From the human T2T-CHM13v2.0 reference genome, Homo sapiens: 64,000 nucleotides of DNA. The notes beneath the pieces were generated by a model. It saw only the letters and a program-made list of their open reading frames with translations, searched no databases and was not told where the DNA came from. The stretch lies in NCBI RefSeq assembly GCF_009914755.1, contig NC_060945.1; one strand, given 5' to 3'. The position numbers were made by a program, and so were the translations under genes. Positions 28,284-41,080 of this stretch are shown here, piece by piece (within the stretch, counting starts at the first letter, position 1; every line of letters begins with the position of its first letter).

Positions 28284-29881
28284 CAATTTTTTTCACAAGC
28301 GCCACTAAAAAAAGTGATCAAGAAGTACCAGTTACTTTAAAAAAATTGTTGAAGGTAGAAGGTTCAGAAGAGTATTGAGATTCATAGAAACAAAACAAGG
28401 AGTTAGTGACACTGAAAGCATAAACAAATATAAAAAAAATCCTGAGCCAGAGACAAAGTGGGCTTCCTAAGATTTTAAATGTTTAATATCTTCACTTATA
28501 CATTTAAAATCTAAAATAATAAAATGTATTCACATGAGAATATATTACTTTAATAGTGTTTTATTTTCAAATATAATTTCACAGTCAGAATAATAGATGA
28601 TAAAAATTATTTTGAGCACTTATTGTCAATGTATATAATGACATCAAGATTGACTAGATCCCCCTTAATCCCATTTCTTTTACTTGGTCTAACAGGAAGA
28701 TTTCACAGGAAATGTAAGAGGACTACATATCCCAATCTCTTTTGCAATGTAGTTGGATACTGATTAGTTCCAGCACTTTGGATAAGGGTAAAGTTTCCTA
28801 TACTAATTCCAGTTAAATCTGTCCCTGATCTCCAAAATCTCCTAAAAATCATGAGCTCTCTCCTTCTCTCCAGTCCTCCTGGGCTTTAAGGAGGGCCAGA
28901 TTATTGCACACAACTTACCACTTTGAGAGAGTTAGTACTTTGAGGGAAACTCTTCAGGAGAGACATCTAATGTAACCTGTTGACTAAGAAACAAATAGGC
29001 AAGGTGTTTATGCCAATATCTTAGGTGATTTGTTTCAGCAGCAGACAAGTGTTATCCTAATAGACAAGTGTTATCTTCACTATTTAGCAATCATGTTTAC
29101 GTGACATGTCTCCTGCCATAAGATGAAATTACGAAAAACCTAGTATTGCCTCTAGATATTTTCTATCAGACAGTAACCATGAGGCCATTTCACATTTCTT
29201 TTTTTCGATGTTTTTAATTTCTCCAGAGAGTATGTATTAGGAATGATTGATTCTGCAGTCACAGGTAATCAGCTTTTAGTCATAATTTCATTGTCAAAGG
29301 TGAAAAGAGGGGGATTTTCTTCTCTGCTTCCCTCCTTTTAGCTAAGTGATTAAAAACTATCAGTGTCAAAATCTATTGGAAGTAACGGAGTCATCAGAAT
29401 AATACTCTCAGTACATTCATTTCAGTGTCATATTTCTATCACTTTAAATTATAACTGAAAAGTCATCAGAAAATTTATATTGTGCCTCCAACTAACAGTT
29501 ATGTGAACTTCATAAAGACTTCATTAGGCAACATCATTGCAAGAAGCATTGTAGGTATTAAGATACATATTCCTCGGTGGCTGTGTTATGAGCAGATGTT
29601 AAATATAAAAATTTAAGTCCAATTCAATTGCACCATATCCCATAGCAATAATTTATTACATTTACAATGATTAGTCATGGGAGGTATTATCCATATAAAT
29701 AACTCAGTTAGTTCTGCTTAATTTTTGTAAATAATGGAATATTATTTGAAATGCCAAGAGAACCGCACTTATAAAATAATCAGAATAAACTTGTATTTTT
29801 AATTATTCATGCTTCACAAATAGTTTGTTATATCTTAACTTTTCTATCCTAGCACAAAGTGATTTCTCTCTGCTAATATCT

Positions 29882-29883
29882 AC

Positions 29884-29920
<37 letters not shown>

Positions 29921-29930
29921 CACACACACA
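29882..29930 (+). repeat. (CA)n microsatellite
   Basis: Seen directly. Confidence 0.95.
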
Positions 29931-29934
29931 GTCT

Positions 29935-30105
29935 TTCAAATCATCTCATTTAATCTTAACAGTAAAGATTCAAGCTAGGTGTTGTTATATGTTTTATAAA
30001 AAGGAAAAATGAGACACAGAGAATTAAAAGTTTCATACAACTGACTATCAGAGCAAGATTTTAACTGAAGATGTCTGAGTCCTGAGCACTTCATCACTAA
30101 GCTAA
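29935..30105 (-). mobile_element. MIR fragment
   Basis: atctcatttaatcttaacag...gaaaaatgagacacagaga MIR core-like. Confidence 0.6.
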
Positions 30106-31224
30106 TGTTTTATCTTAAGATATCTTGTGTTTCCATTTGTAGCATCAGGAAACCTAAATTTTAGTAGGTGTTTCTCCAACTGTATGATATCAGATAACAT
30201 ATTTATGTTTTCATGACCCAATTTCCTCAAAGAAAGCATTTAGATAGTTGTACAAGGGATATCTGCTTAATGAATGAATTGATTAATGAATTTTAATTTA
30301 TAACTATCAATGTGTTTCTTTTTGAAGAACAATCTCTTTATTTCTGAGACAAAATACATGTGGAGTCTCTACAGAGAAAGTAGAGAAGATCAAATTATAC
30401 AAACGTGTATGTATATATAATCTACAAAAGTCTATAAGCAAAATTAATTACTACTGAATTTTACAGGTAAAAAATCAAGGTTAAATCAAGGATCACATAT
30501 TCAGTAGGAAACAGAAATTTAGAAGTCTGAAGGGCAGTTAGAAGCTGAGAAATGTATTTCTAGAGTTCACGTTCTTAACTATTACGCTATACTAGATCTT
30601 AAATAAGACTACTTTTGTTAAATTTTTTTCTTTAGCTTGAATTTGCAGTTATTTAAGATAGTTAAAGGAACAGCAATAGAGATAAAATGGCCACTTTCAT
30701 TACTGAAAATGTTGTAAGTGGAGAAATGAATTTTGATGCACGGCAGAAATGGACGGTCATTACGATGATGATTTGAATCCCAAAATAGACATTTGTATTC
30801 ACCTTGTCACAGGTAGCACTAGAGAACCTCAGACCTCTCCACATGGAAGCATGCCTGGTAAATCCTACAGTGTCGAGACACAGTGCACAGTGTGGAGTGC
30901 ATACTTACAAAGGGCAACTAGTACCTAAAGGCAAAAAGAGAAGAGAAGGGCTGAGCTAACCATGCTTAATTTCTACCCCCAAATATGTCACATGGAGTGG
31001 AAAGGCCAATATTGCGGTTCCAATAGCGATCACCTCACATTGAAAGTAGAGGTAACAGAAAAGACTGATCCTCCCTACATTCCTTTATGGAATACAAGGA
31101 AGTAGAGGAAGACAGTCTGAAAATAACTGAAAAAAATGACAATAAAAATTCATGCCCGTATTTTAATAATGTTTGTTTAATTTTTGATATCATTATAGAC
31201 TTACAGAGCATTGCAAAAATAGTA

Positions 31225-31303
31225 TTAGGTTAGTGCAAAAGTAATTGCAGTTTTGCCATCACTTTCAATGGCCAAAACTGCAATTACTTTTGCACAAACA
31301 TAA
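31225..31303. mobile_element. MADE1 palindromic MITE (Hsmar1-derived)
   Basis: TA-ttaggttagtgcaaaagtaattgcagttttgcc...ggccaaaactgcaattacttttgcacaaacataa-TA, 79 bp, inside an old L1-like tract. Confidence 0.95.
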
Positions 31304-31420
31304 TACAAAGAATTCTGAATACTCTACACCCAGCTTCCCTTAATATTAAAATCTTAACTAATCATAATTCAATTGCCACAGCTAAAAAACTATCAATGTT
31401 ACATATTATTAGATAAATAA

Positions 31421-31764
<344 letters not shown>

Positions 31765-32302
31765 ACTAATGTCCTTTTATGGGTTCAAGATTTAGTTCAG
31801 GATCCCACTTAGCATGAAATTGTCATGGTTCTTTCATCTTTATTCTATCTGTTGCAGTTCTTCAGTTTTTCCTTGACTGATAGTGGGCACTCAAATAGCA
31901 TACAATAGATCATAATAGGTATATCCTACAAATACCATATCCTAGGAAAATTAAAATAGATAATGCATTAAATGTAACTGGTATGCAATAGACAGCAATT
32001 GGCATAATGCCAATTGGCATAATGCTCAAATAATGGTTAATATATCAATATTATTACATAAAAATATACATATAAACTTTAAATTTGCTGCAATCTAGTT
32101 TTTCTTTCAGCCTTTTCTCATCTCATCCATTACACACTCTTCATCCTGTGTTGTTCTGGCAAATAATCCTGATGACTTTGTGTCTATTCATGTTCCTTGC
32201 TTCTCCAATTTTCTAATTATTACTGAGGCCATGTCACCTAGATATCATTAGATGCAATATACAATGTCTTAATTTTAAAATTTACATTCTGTGCTTACTT
32301 AT

Positions 32303-32674
32303 TGATTTGACTTGGCTGTGTCCCCACCTAAATCTCATCTTGAATTTAGTTCCCATAATCCCCACGTATCGTGGGAGGAACCCAGTGGGAGGTAGTTGAA
32401 TCATGGAGGTGATTACTTCCATACTGTTCTCATGATAGTGAGTTCTCATGAGATCCGATGGTTTTATAAAGGGCTTTTCTCCCTCTTCGCTCTGCATTTC
32501 TCTTTGCTGACACCATGTGAAAAAAGATGTGTTTGCTTCCCCTTCCACCATCATTATAAGTTTCCTGAGGCTGCCCCAGACATGCTGAACTGTGAGTCAA
32601 TTAAACCTCTTTCTTTTATAAATTACCCAATCTCAGGTATGTCTTCATGAGTAACATGAGAACAGGCTAATACA
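32303..32674 (+). mobile_element. THE1 (C/D-like) MaLR solo LTR
   Basis: ggctgtgtccccacctaaatctcatcttgaat...tgtgagtcaattaaacctcttt...ctaataca. Confidence 0.88.
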
Positions 32675-33177
32675 TTTACTTTCACAGGTATGCCTTTTCT
32701 ATGCAATTTCAGGATTGTTTTTGCTTCTTCTTATTTGTGCAATTCTATACTTTTTCAGATGTCTTTTCATTTTATTTGCTTATTTGTGCTTTGTTTTGTT
32801 CCAGATGTTTTTCTCTTGTCATCCTTGAACAAACTGAACTCTCTGCAAATTCAGAAGAATTTTGAATTTCCCGCGATGCCAGTTTTGTCTTTTAAATGAT
32901 ACTCATTTTCCTTTCCAAAATGTCGTGTGTATAAGATGAGGACAGAAAGAACATTTTCCTGTTAAAATCCTCTGACATTTTAGAGTTATTATTCTTACAG
33001 AGTGGCTAACATTAATTACCCTAAAACACTCAGTATATATCTTTAAGTCAAATGCATATTTTCTTTGCATACTAATAGGGTTTTCAAACTCTCAGGTTCT
33101 AGCTAGTATCTCTATTTTACTACTACTCACAAGGGGTAGCATAATTTCCTATCATTATTAGATGGTACACATATATG

Positions 33178-33300
33178 AAGAGAAAGAAAAATAATGAAGA
33201 GGAGAAGGAAGAGAAAGCAGAAGGGGAAGGGAGAAGGGAGGAGGATTGAGGAAGAAGAAAGGAAACAGGGGAGAAGAACAGGAAGAGAAGAAAAACAAAC
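33178..33300 (+). repeat. GA-rich low-complexity tract
   Basis: Polypurine run seen directly. Confidence 0.85.
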
Positions 33301-36300
33301 AACTATTCCCCCACATGCTGTGATATTATAACTTGTTTTGTCTTTTGTCTCACACATAATAGTTTTGTGTGGTAGCACATCCTAAAATATAATATACTCA
33401 GCAAAGCTTAGTCTCTCTAGTTCAATCAGCTTTTTGTTCCCCTGCTGTTTTGTCTCTATGTGTATCGAGAGGCATACAAGAAGCTTGTGGGATTAGACAG
33501 AAAGGTCACTGTTCTGGTCTGGTAAGGAGTAGTACCCATTTCAATGAGGGAAGATTTTGCAATGTGTATTATGTTAATCATGTCATTGAGCAGGAGGCTA
33601 ACGGTAGAGAAAGAGTGGCACAATGTTTTATATTTTTCCAAATAATTTCTGTTTCATAATTGATATTTGGAGTAAGGGTCAGTAGATGATCTATAAGGCA
33701 TCTGTGAATCAGACTTTGTGATAGAGATGGCTAGTAGCTGGTCAAAGGTTTGTTCATTGCTTTCACAATGTAGAGTTATTATATAAGTCAGTTGTGGGGC
33801 CAAAAGTGACAATTTCTAGCCCATCTTGTGTTTTCTGAGGTCCATGTGACTGGGCTGAAATTTTGTATTGTATTTCCACCATTGGCTTCTAATAATCCTT
33901 TGGGTATTATCTGAGAGAGAAATAGCATTTTATCGATTTTCAAAGGATTGTTTTTTTCTAAAATAATACAAGATCAGGAATAAAATATTTTCAGAACTAT
34001 ATATCATAAAAATATTTTGTTTTCAGTATTATAAAATTTCCCCACACTAAGTAGACATTGAACTGGAGCAGATAAAAGCTGTGTAACCAAAAGGTCCAGT
34101 TACTTAGTTCTGTGGTAATAGTCTTGAGGAGATGGACGAGGAAAAGCTGACCACACTCTGCTAAGAGCTGGACAAATAACATCAAGTAATCTCCTTGAAC
34201 CCTGCTCTCATCGGTTTAGACCACCAGTTCTCATGGTATTCTTTGACCATCATGTCTTGGCTTAAGAAAAACATGAATCTAATATTCTCATCCATTCCAA
34301 GTCACATCCATTTTGAGAAAGAGCAAGATCATGAGGTTCTTTTGATTTGGGATGAAAAACAAGAGATTAGGATGAAGGTAATTGGTGCAAACATTATCTT
34401 TGTCTCCCAAATTAATGAGCTTTACGGTTTTTACTTCTTTTTTTAAACATACAGCATTAAAGTATATTTCATAATTAAACAGACTAAGCAGGTTGGCAAG
34501 GAGTACATATAATTTAGTATATCAGCAAAGCTCTCTATTAATAATACAACATTCTGAAATCATTTTCTTAGAGTTAAAAATATATTCTCATGTTACTATA
34601 CACATGAAGCAACAAAATTTAACATTTATACAAGTAACTTGAGATAAACTTTTTCTGTCTGTTCATTACAGATATACCAAACACAACAAAATAATATAAA
34701 TAACCTAAATAATATAATTGATAGCGACAATGCATGCAGAGAGTATGTATATATTTCAAATACAAAATATAATATTTTCAAACATTACTGAAAAATTTAT
34801 ACACATAAACATATACAACCATACACAAGCACACAAACACAAAACGACAACACTAACTACACTTGTAAACTAGGCTATAAAACAAACAGCAATAACCCAT
34901 GTAAAAATTGTGGAGTCCACCTATTAAAAAAAGTGCTAGTGATTTAAATTAGATAGTTTTATATAAAGATCAAAAAATCAATAATATCTCATGAGTATAG
35001 ATATTGAGAACTATTGCATATGTCAAACTGCTGCCTATTGCAGTATTTACATATATGTTTACCTATATGCATGTGAATAAAACATGTATTGTAAATGTAC
35101 ATGTAAATATACAGAATTAGACAGTAATTTATTAGAATGGTAACCGTTTTCTTTTTTCATTACGTCTAGGTAACCCATTACAGTCTGATCAGTCTCTCCA
35201 GAAACAACAGTGAATGATTAGAATCAATGTTTCTTTCCTATGCCTTTAATAACTGCATTTTTACAACCTATACAAAATCTTTATTCACATGATAAATGCT
35301 GGTAAATTAGCTTATGTGTTTTCCCATACTCAAAATTTCTTTACAGTTCAACCACAGGGGGAAAAATGCTTTCTTATATAAAAAAACTAAATAAAAAACA
35401 AGAACTAGTTAGAATGATTGAATACAAGTCCATGTATTCAGTCTCTCCACATGAGAACATATAAAATATGCTTCATCAAGAAACAAATTTTCAATATGTA
35501 TGACTGATTTTATACAATTCTTAATGCTTGTTTCTTTTGAATACCTTTGAAGTTAAGGGCACAAAGAGGATTAGAGGAATATATGTTGCTTTGTATTTCA
35601 ATAGAATATTCTCCAATTTTTTTAAAAAGCAAAAGCATGCTCATTATAATCAATCAATATATAGATATACAAAAGATGTGTACACTCTTACCACACAATT
35701 GTACTCAGTGTTACATAAACAATGATAGGAAGTCAGTATGTATCTCTTTTGTTTTTATAGAAATGTATAAAGTCATATAGAGTTTTTTTTGGTAATTTTG
35801 TTGTTTTGTTGTTAACATTTATTTCCATATCAATATATGTTATATAACTGCTCTGCAACTTGAATTTTTTGCTTCACTTGGTGACAATAACAGCACAATA
35901 AAAACATATCATAATCAAATAGCCACTACGGATGAGTATTAACATTGTTCATATTGCTTAACTAATGCAAATATTTCAGTAGTAAACATTCATATATCCT
36001 TATTACTGATTTTTTATTTCTGTGGGATAGTTCACTGGATAAAATATTCAAGTAAAAGGAAAATCATTTTATAAATATTCTCAATGCGTAAGTAGCTTGA
36101 GATCTTTGAGAAAGACTGTTGGAAAATAAAATTGGCAAGTCCAAATCTTGTAGGAGATTATAGTCCAAAGTAAAGAATTTGTTTTATCCTAGGTGCACAA
36201 AAAATTCTCTAGGAGGTTTTAGGCAATGAGGTGACAAGAATAAATGTCTTTACCAAGATCCTCGTGGTGGTTATATAAAGAAGTCCCCCAAAAGTTAATA

Positions 36301-37374
36301 ATCCCCTGACAATTATGGTGAACATTTTATATTGAACTGAACACTTTTAATGATCTCTTACACCTATTGCAGCATATCTATTAGTACATCAATGTCAGGA
36401 TTCCACTCACCTTATTTTGTTACCTTATTGATTCTTTTTATTAGAATTTCAGGTTCTGGTATCACTGAACCATTGCATGATGCAGGATATGGTGTGATGC
36501 TTAGTAAACATCAGCTTGGTAAATGTTGATCTATGGACACCTAGAAAATCAAACAGGACTGTGATGTCAAATAGTTAGAAAGTTAATTGAAATTCAATAT
36601 TGACTAAGTAAAATTTGGTGAGACATAAGACCTTTTTGAGTAACTAACATTTTATTTAAGATTTTTGCGACCAGATGAGACATATTTGGGAAGATGGAGA
36701 ATAAGGCTTTTGGCTTAGAGAAGACCTAGTACGATAGATTAAGGAGGTAACAAGCCTGGCACAGAAAAAAAATGCACATTTGTCCTAATCACAAATGCTG
36801 TGAGGTGGTTTAACAAAAGCAGAATTACTTTCTCTTCAGATATCTTCTCCCAATCTCAGTAAATAGCACGAAAATGTAGTTAAGTGATCAAACCAAAATT
36901 ATAAGATTCCTTCTTTTTTTTTTTTTTCATTCTTTCAGCTCCCACACAAATAGATAGTATTAACTCACTCATTTCTCTGTGACGCAATTGTTAGCACAGT
37001 AGTCCAAACCATCAACTTCTCTCATCTGGACTGCTCAGCATTCCCACCTGAGGGCTTCCTGCTGCTGTCGTTGTCCCTTCAATTCATTCTGTCCCCTGCC
37101 CTGGCTTTCTTGTTGCCTGAAAAATCTAACCCTATTGGCTCCTATATGAGGTGGAATTTGTTTCTCTTGTCTATAACTTGACTTTTAATTTATCATTAGC
37201 TTAAAATTTCTTTTTTAACATAGTTTTATTTAATTTCAAGTAGTCAAATCCATCAATCATTTTACTTACGGTTTTTAAATATTTACATATTATTTGAGGT
37301 AGGCCTTCCACATTCCAGGATTTAAAAAAAAAAGATTAGCCTCTTAAAATTTTTAGCCTTTTATGGCTTATGTT

Positions 37375-39080
37375 TTAAAAACAATTTTGTTGAGGTGTAA
37401 TTTTAATACTATAAAATTCATCTATCCTATGTATATAATTCAGTGATTTTTATTAAACTTACAGTTTTGCCAGTGTTACCACAATTCAGTATTAGAGTAT
37501 TTCCATCATTTCAAAACTTCCCTGAGAAGGAATTTTAGTCAATCTCAGTTTCTACCCCCAAATCCTACTACTTTGTGTTCAGTCAGTGTGAATTTTTCTT
37601 TTAGAGACATTTCATATAAATGGAGTCATAAAATATATAACCTTTGTGTCTAACATAATGTTTCTGTGCTCTAAATCAGTAGATCATTTGTTTAGATTAC
37701 TGGATAGAATTCACTGTATGTATAAACTGCATTTTGTTTACTAATTTACTAGCTGATGGATATTTGGATTCCTTTTACTTATTGGCCATTATGAACAACA
37801 TTGCTATGAACAGTTGCATACAAGTGTTTTTCATTTTCTTGGTTAGATGCCTAAGAGCAGAACAAGTGGGTCATATGGCAAGTTTATGTTTAACTTGCAG
37901 TGGAACGATCACCGCTCACTGCAGCCTCGGCCTCCTGGGCTCAGGAGATCCTCCCAAGTAGCTGGGATTACAGGTGTGCGCCGCCGTGCCCAGCTAATTT
38001 TTGTATTTTTTGTAGAGACAGGGTTTTTTCATGTTTCCCAGGCTGGTCTCGAACTCCTGATATCAAACAATCCGCCCGCCTCGCCCTTCCAAACTTTTTG
38101 GATTACCGGTGTGATCCACCCTGCCTTGCGTTTAGCTTCTTTAGAAACTGCCAAACCATTTTCCAAAGTGTGTGTATCACTTTACATTCCCACTTGTCAG
38201 TGTATGAGGATTCCACTTCCTCCACATTCTTGCATAAACTTCTTTTCTCTTTTTGATAAAAGCTGTTCTAGTAAGTGTGAGGTAATATCTCACTATGGTT
38301 TTATTTTTCATTTCCTTAATAACTGATGATAAGTATATTTTCATGTGCTATTTAGATATTTTTATATATTATTTGATGAAATGTCTAATTAAATATGTCA
38401 TCCATTTTAATTGGATATTTGTTTCCTCCTATTGCATTATACGAGTTCTTTTTAATATTCTGAATATAAGCCCTTTGTTGAGATGTGATTTTCAGATATT
38501 TTCTCTTGCTCTGTGGTTTGCCTTTTAATTTTATTAGTCATGTCATTTGAAACACACAGGTTTTAATATTGAAAAAGTCTCAATTATCTTGTTATGTGTT
38601 GTGTTTTTGTTTTATCGGTTCTGTTTTTGGCATCATATCTAAGGGACTCTTTGCCTGACAGAATGTCTCAAATATTTTCTTTTGTGTTTTCTTCTAGGAG
38701 TTTTAGAGTTTCAGGTTTTGCAGATCTGGTTTCAGATCTAAGATCTACTATTCACTTGGAATATCTTTTTGTGTATAATGTGAGGTAAGAACACATTTTT
38801 TTTTTTTTTTTGCATGTGGACATTCAGCTGTTCAAGCACCATTTGATGGAAAGACTAATTTTCCACATTGATTTGCCTTAATATCTATGTCAAACAACAA
38901 TTGACAATGCATGTAAAAATTTCTTTCTGAATTTTCAATTCTGTTATATTGATCTATATGTGCACTTTTACCTCAGTAACATATTGTCTTGATTTTGGTA
39001 GTTTTATAGTAAAATTTGAAATTTGGAGGTGTAACTTCAAACTTCATTTTCTTTTTCAAAATATTTTTGTCAATTATGAG
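37375..39080 (-). mobile_element. L1M 3' region with a truncated AluJ-like insert at ~37895-38130
   Basis: Antisense L1 hallmarks (aactgccaaaccattttccaaag, tttacattcccac, caagcaccatttg); Alu gctcactgcagcctcggcctcctgggctca. Confidence 0.8.
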
Positions 39081-40320
39081 TCCTGCATTTCTGTGTTTCT
39101 TTTTTAAACTGAATATATTTTTCTTGCATAAATATTTACATAGAAGTCAGTGTGTTATAGGAATAAACAGAGTTTCTAGTTGGGCAGATATACTATATCA
39201 TTATTATTTATGAAACATTAATGAAGTTATAGTTACAGTATTTGGGCCTTTTATTGTATGTCCATTAGGGTATAAGAAAAATATCTATCTTACAATGGTT
39301 CAATAACTACTTTGTGGAATACTTTATTAAATATTTTCCTTCTTTTTAATCAACAGTTAAGTGTTATTAAAAGTATTTTCTATGTGTTCTGATATTAAAA
39401 ATGTCTTAAGTATTTTCAATTACTATAATAAATGTTCATAACTTGTATATTTATATCATTCCAAATTACTTAAGGTAAATTCTGTTTTTAATAATAAATA
39501 TGTAGATATTATAAATTAATATAGCATATAAATATATAAAAGTATATCTATATCTAAATTATATAAACATGCATGTATGTATATACACACATCATGTATG
39601 AACAAGACCTCAGAAATTGAGAGTGGATATAAATTCTTATGAAAAAACCCTCCGTTGAACTGAACACAAAAGCATATACAGGGAGAGAGCAAGACAAACT
39701 CATAATGTCAGCGGCATCACAGAGAGTAAAATAATACTGGTTTTAATTAGTCCGGAAAAAAGAGAGGTATTTTGTGTAACTGGCACTTAGGCATTGAGTA
39801 TTCATAAGGCAATGAGTATTCATTCTTATAAAGTTGTCTTTATAAGATTCTGCATTTATTATTCTTGTTCACCTTTATTACTATAGAGGTGAAAAGGGTG
39901 TCATGCTCTTCTTCACCCATCATAAGGGTCACAGCCGACGGTCCTATTAAAAAAGACAAGCTAATAAGAGCAAAGTGTAACAAGTTTATTTTATCAAAGC
40001 CTTCAGAAATGAAGACCCAAAGACCTAGAAAAAAATCTCTAAAATATTTTTATGCTTAGGTTTGATGAAGAATGAACAGCAATGTGGAAATGTGATTGGA
40101 CAAAAGGGTATGATCTAATGGCAGTAAACTGAAGGGGGAACTCCAGCAATTCCTCTCTGTCCAGATTCTTTTTGGACTCTCTATGTAGCATTCCTTCCTC
40201 CTGAATATGGGGTAGGACTCCTCTGGAATTAGGGTATTCAAGAGAGAAGAGAGAGAGTGTGGCCTTTCTTGGTCTTATGGCTTGATTTTGGGGAGAATGG
40301 CTCTAGTTTCTATGACCTGT

Positions 40321-41080
40321 TCATATGGTCTGGCTCTGTGCCCAAACCAAATGTCAGTTAAAATTGTAATTCCCCTGTGTCAAGACAGAGGGACCTGTAA
40401 TCCCCATGTGTCCATGGAGAGAAGTGATTGGATTATGGGGTGGTTTCCCCCATGCTGTTCTCATAATAGTGAGTGAGATTCACGAGGTCTAAGGGTTTTA
40501 AAACTGAAACTGGAAACCATCATTCTCAGCAAACTATCGCAAGGACAAAAAACCAAACACTGCATGTTCTCACTCATAGGTGGGAATTGAACAATGAGAA
40601 CACATGGACACAGGAAGGGGAACATCACACACTGGGGACTGTTGTGGGGTGGGGGAAGCGGGGAGGGATAGCATTAGGAGATATACCTAATGCTAAATGA
40701 CGAGTTAATGGGTGCAGCACACAAGCATGGCACATATGTACATTGTAACAAACCTGCATGTTGTGCACATGTACCCTAAAACTTAAAGTATAATAATAAT
40801 AAAATTAAAAAAAATAAAGTTCTACTACAATTTAAAGAAACAAAAAACAAACTAACAAAAAAAAAAACAAAAAACTGGTGTTTTTTCCTGTGCTCTCATT
40901 TCTCTTCTCTCCTGCCACCTTGTGAAGTAGGTGTCTGCTTCCCCTTCGCCTTCAGCCATGATTGCAAGTTTCCTGAGACCTCCCCAGCCATGCTGAACTA
41001 TGAGTCAATTAAACCTCTTTTCTTTATAAATTACCCAGTCTGGGGTATTCTTTGTAGCCCTGTGAAAATGGACTAATACA
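40321..41080 (+). mobile_element. THE1/MST-type solo LTR interrupted by L1PA
   Basis: tcatatggtctggctctgtg...ggactaataca; perfect 5-bp TSD CCTGT at 40316-40320 and 41081-41085. Confidence 0.88.
40505..40872 (+). mobile_element. 5'-truncated primate L1PA 3' end
   Basis: ggaaaccatcattctcagcaaactatcgcaaggacaaaaaacc...gtaccctaaaacttaaagtataataa; flanking AAAACTG at 40500-40506 and 40871-40877. Confidence 0.95.

Noticed and set aside
31225-31303. Naming the MADE1 hairpin as MIR548X
   Set aside because: It differs from my recollection of that precursor and MADE1 copies are numerous; needs a database match
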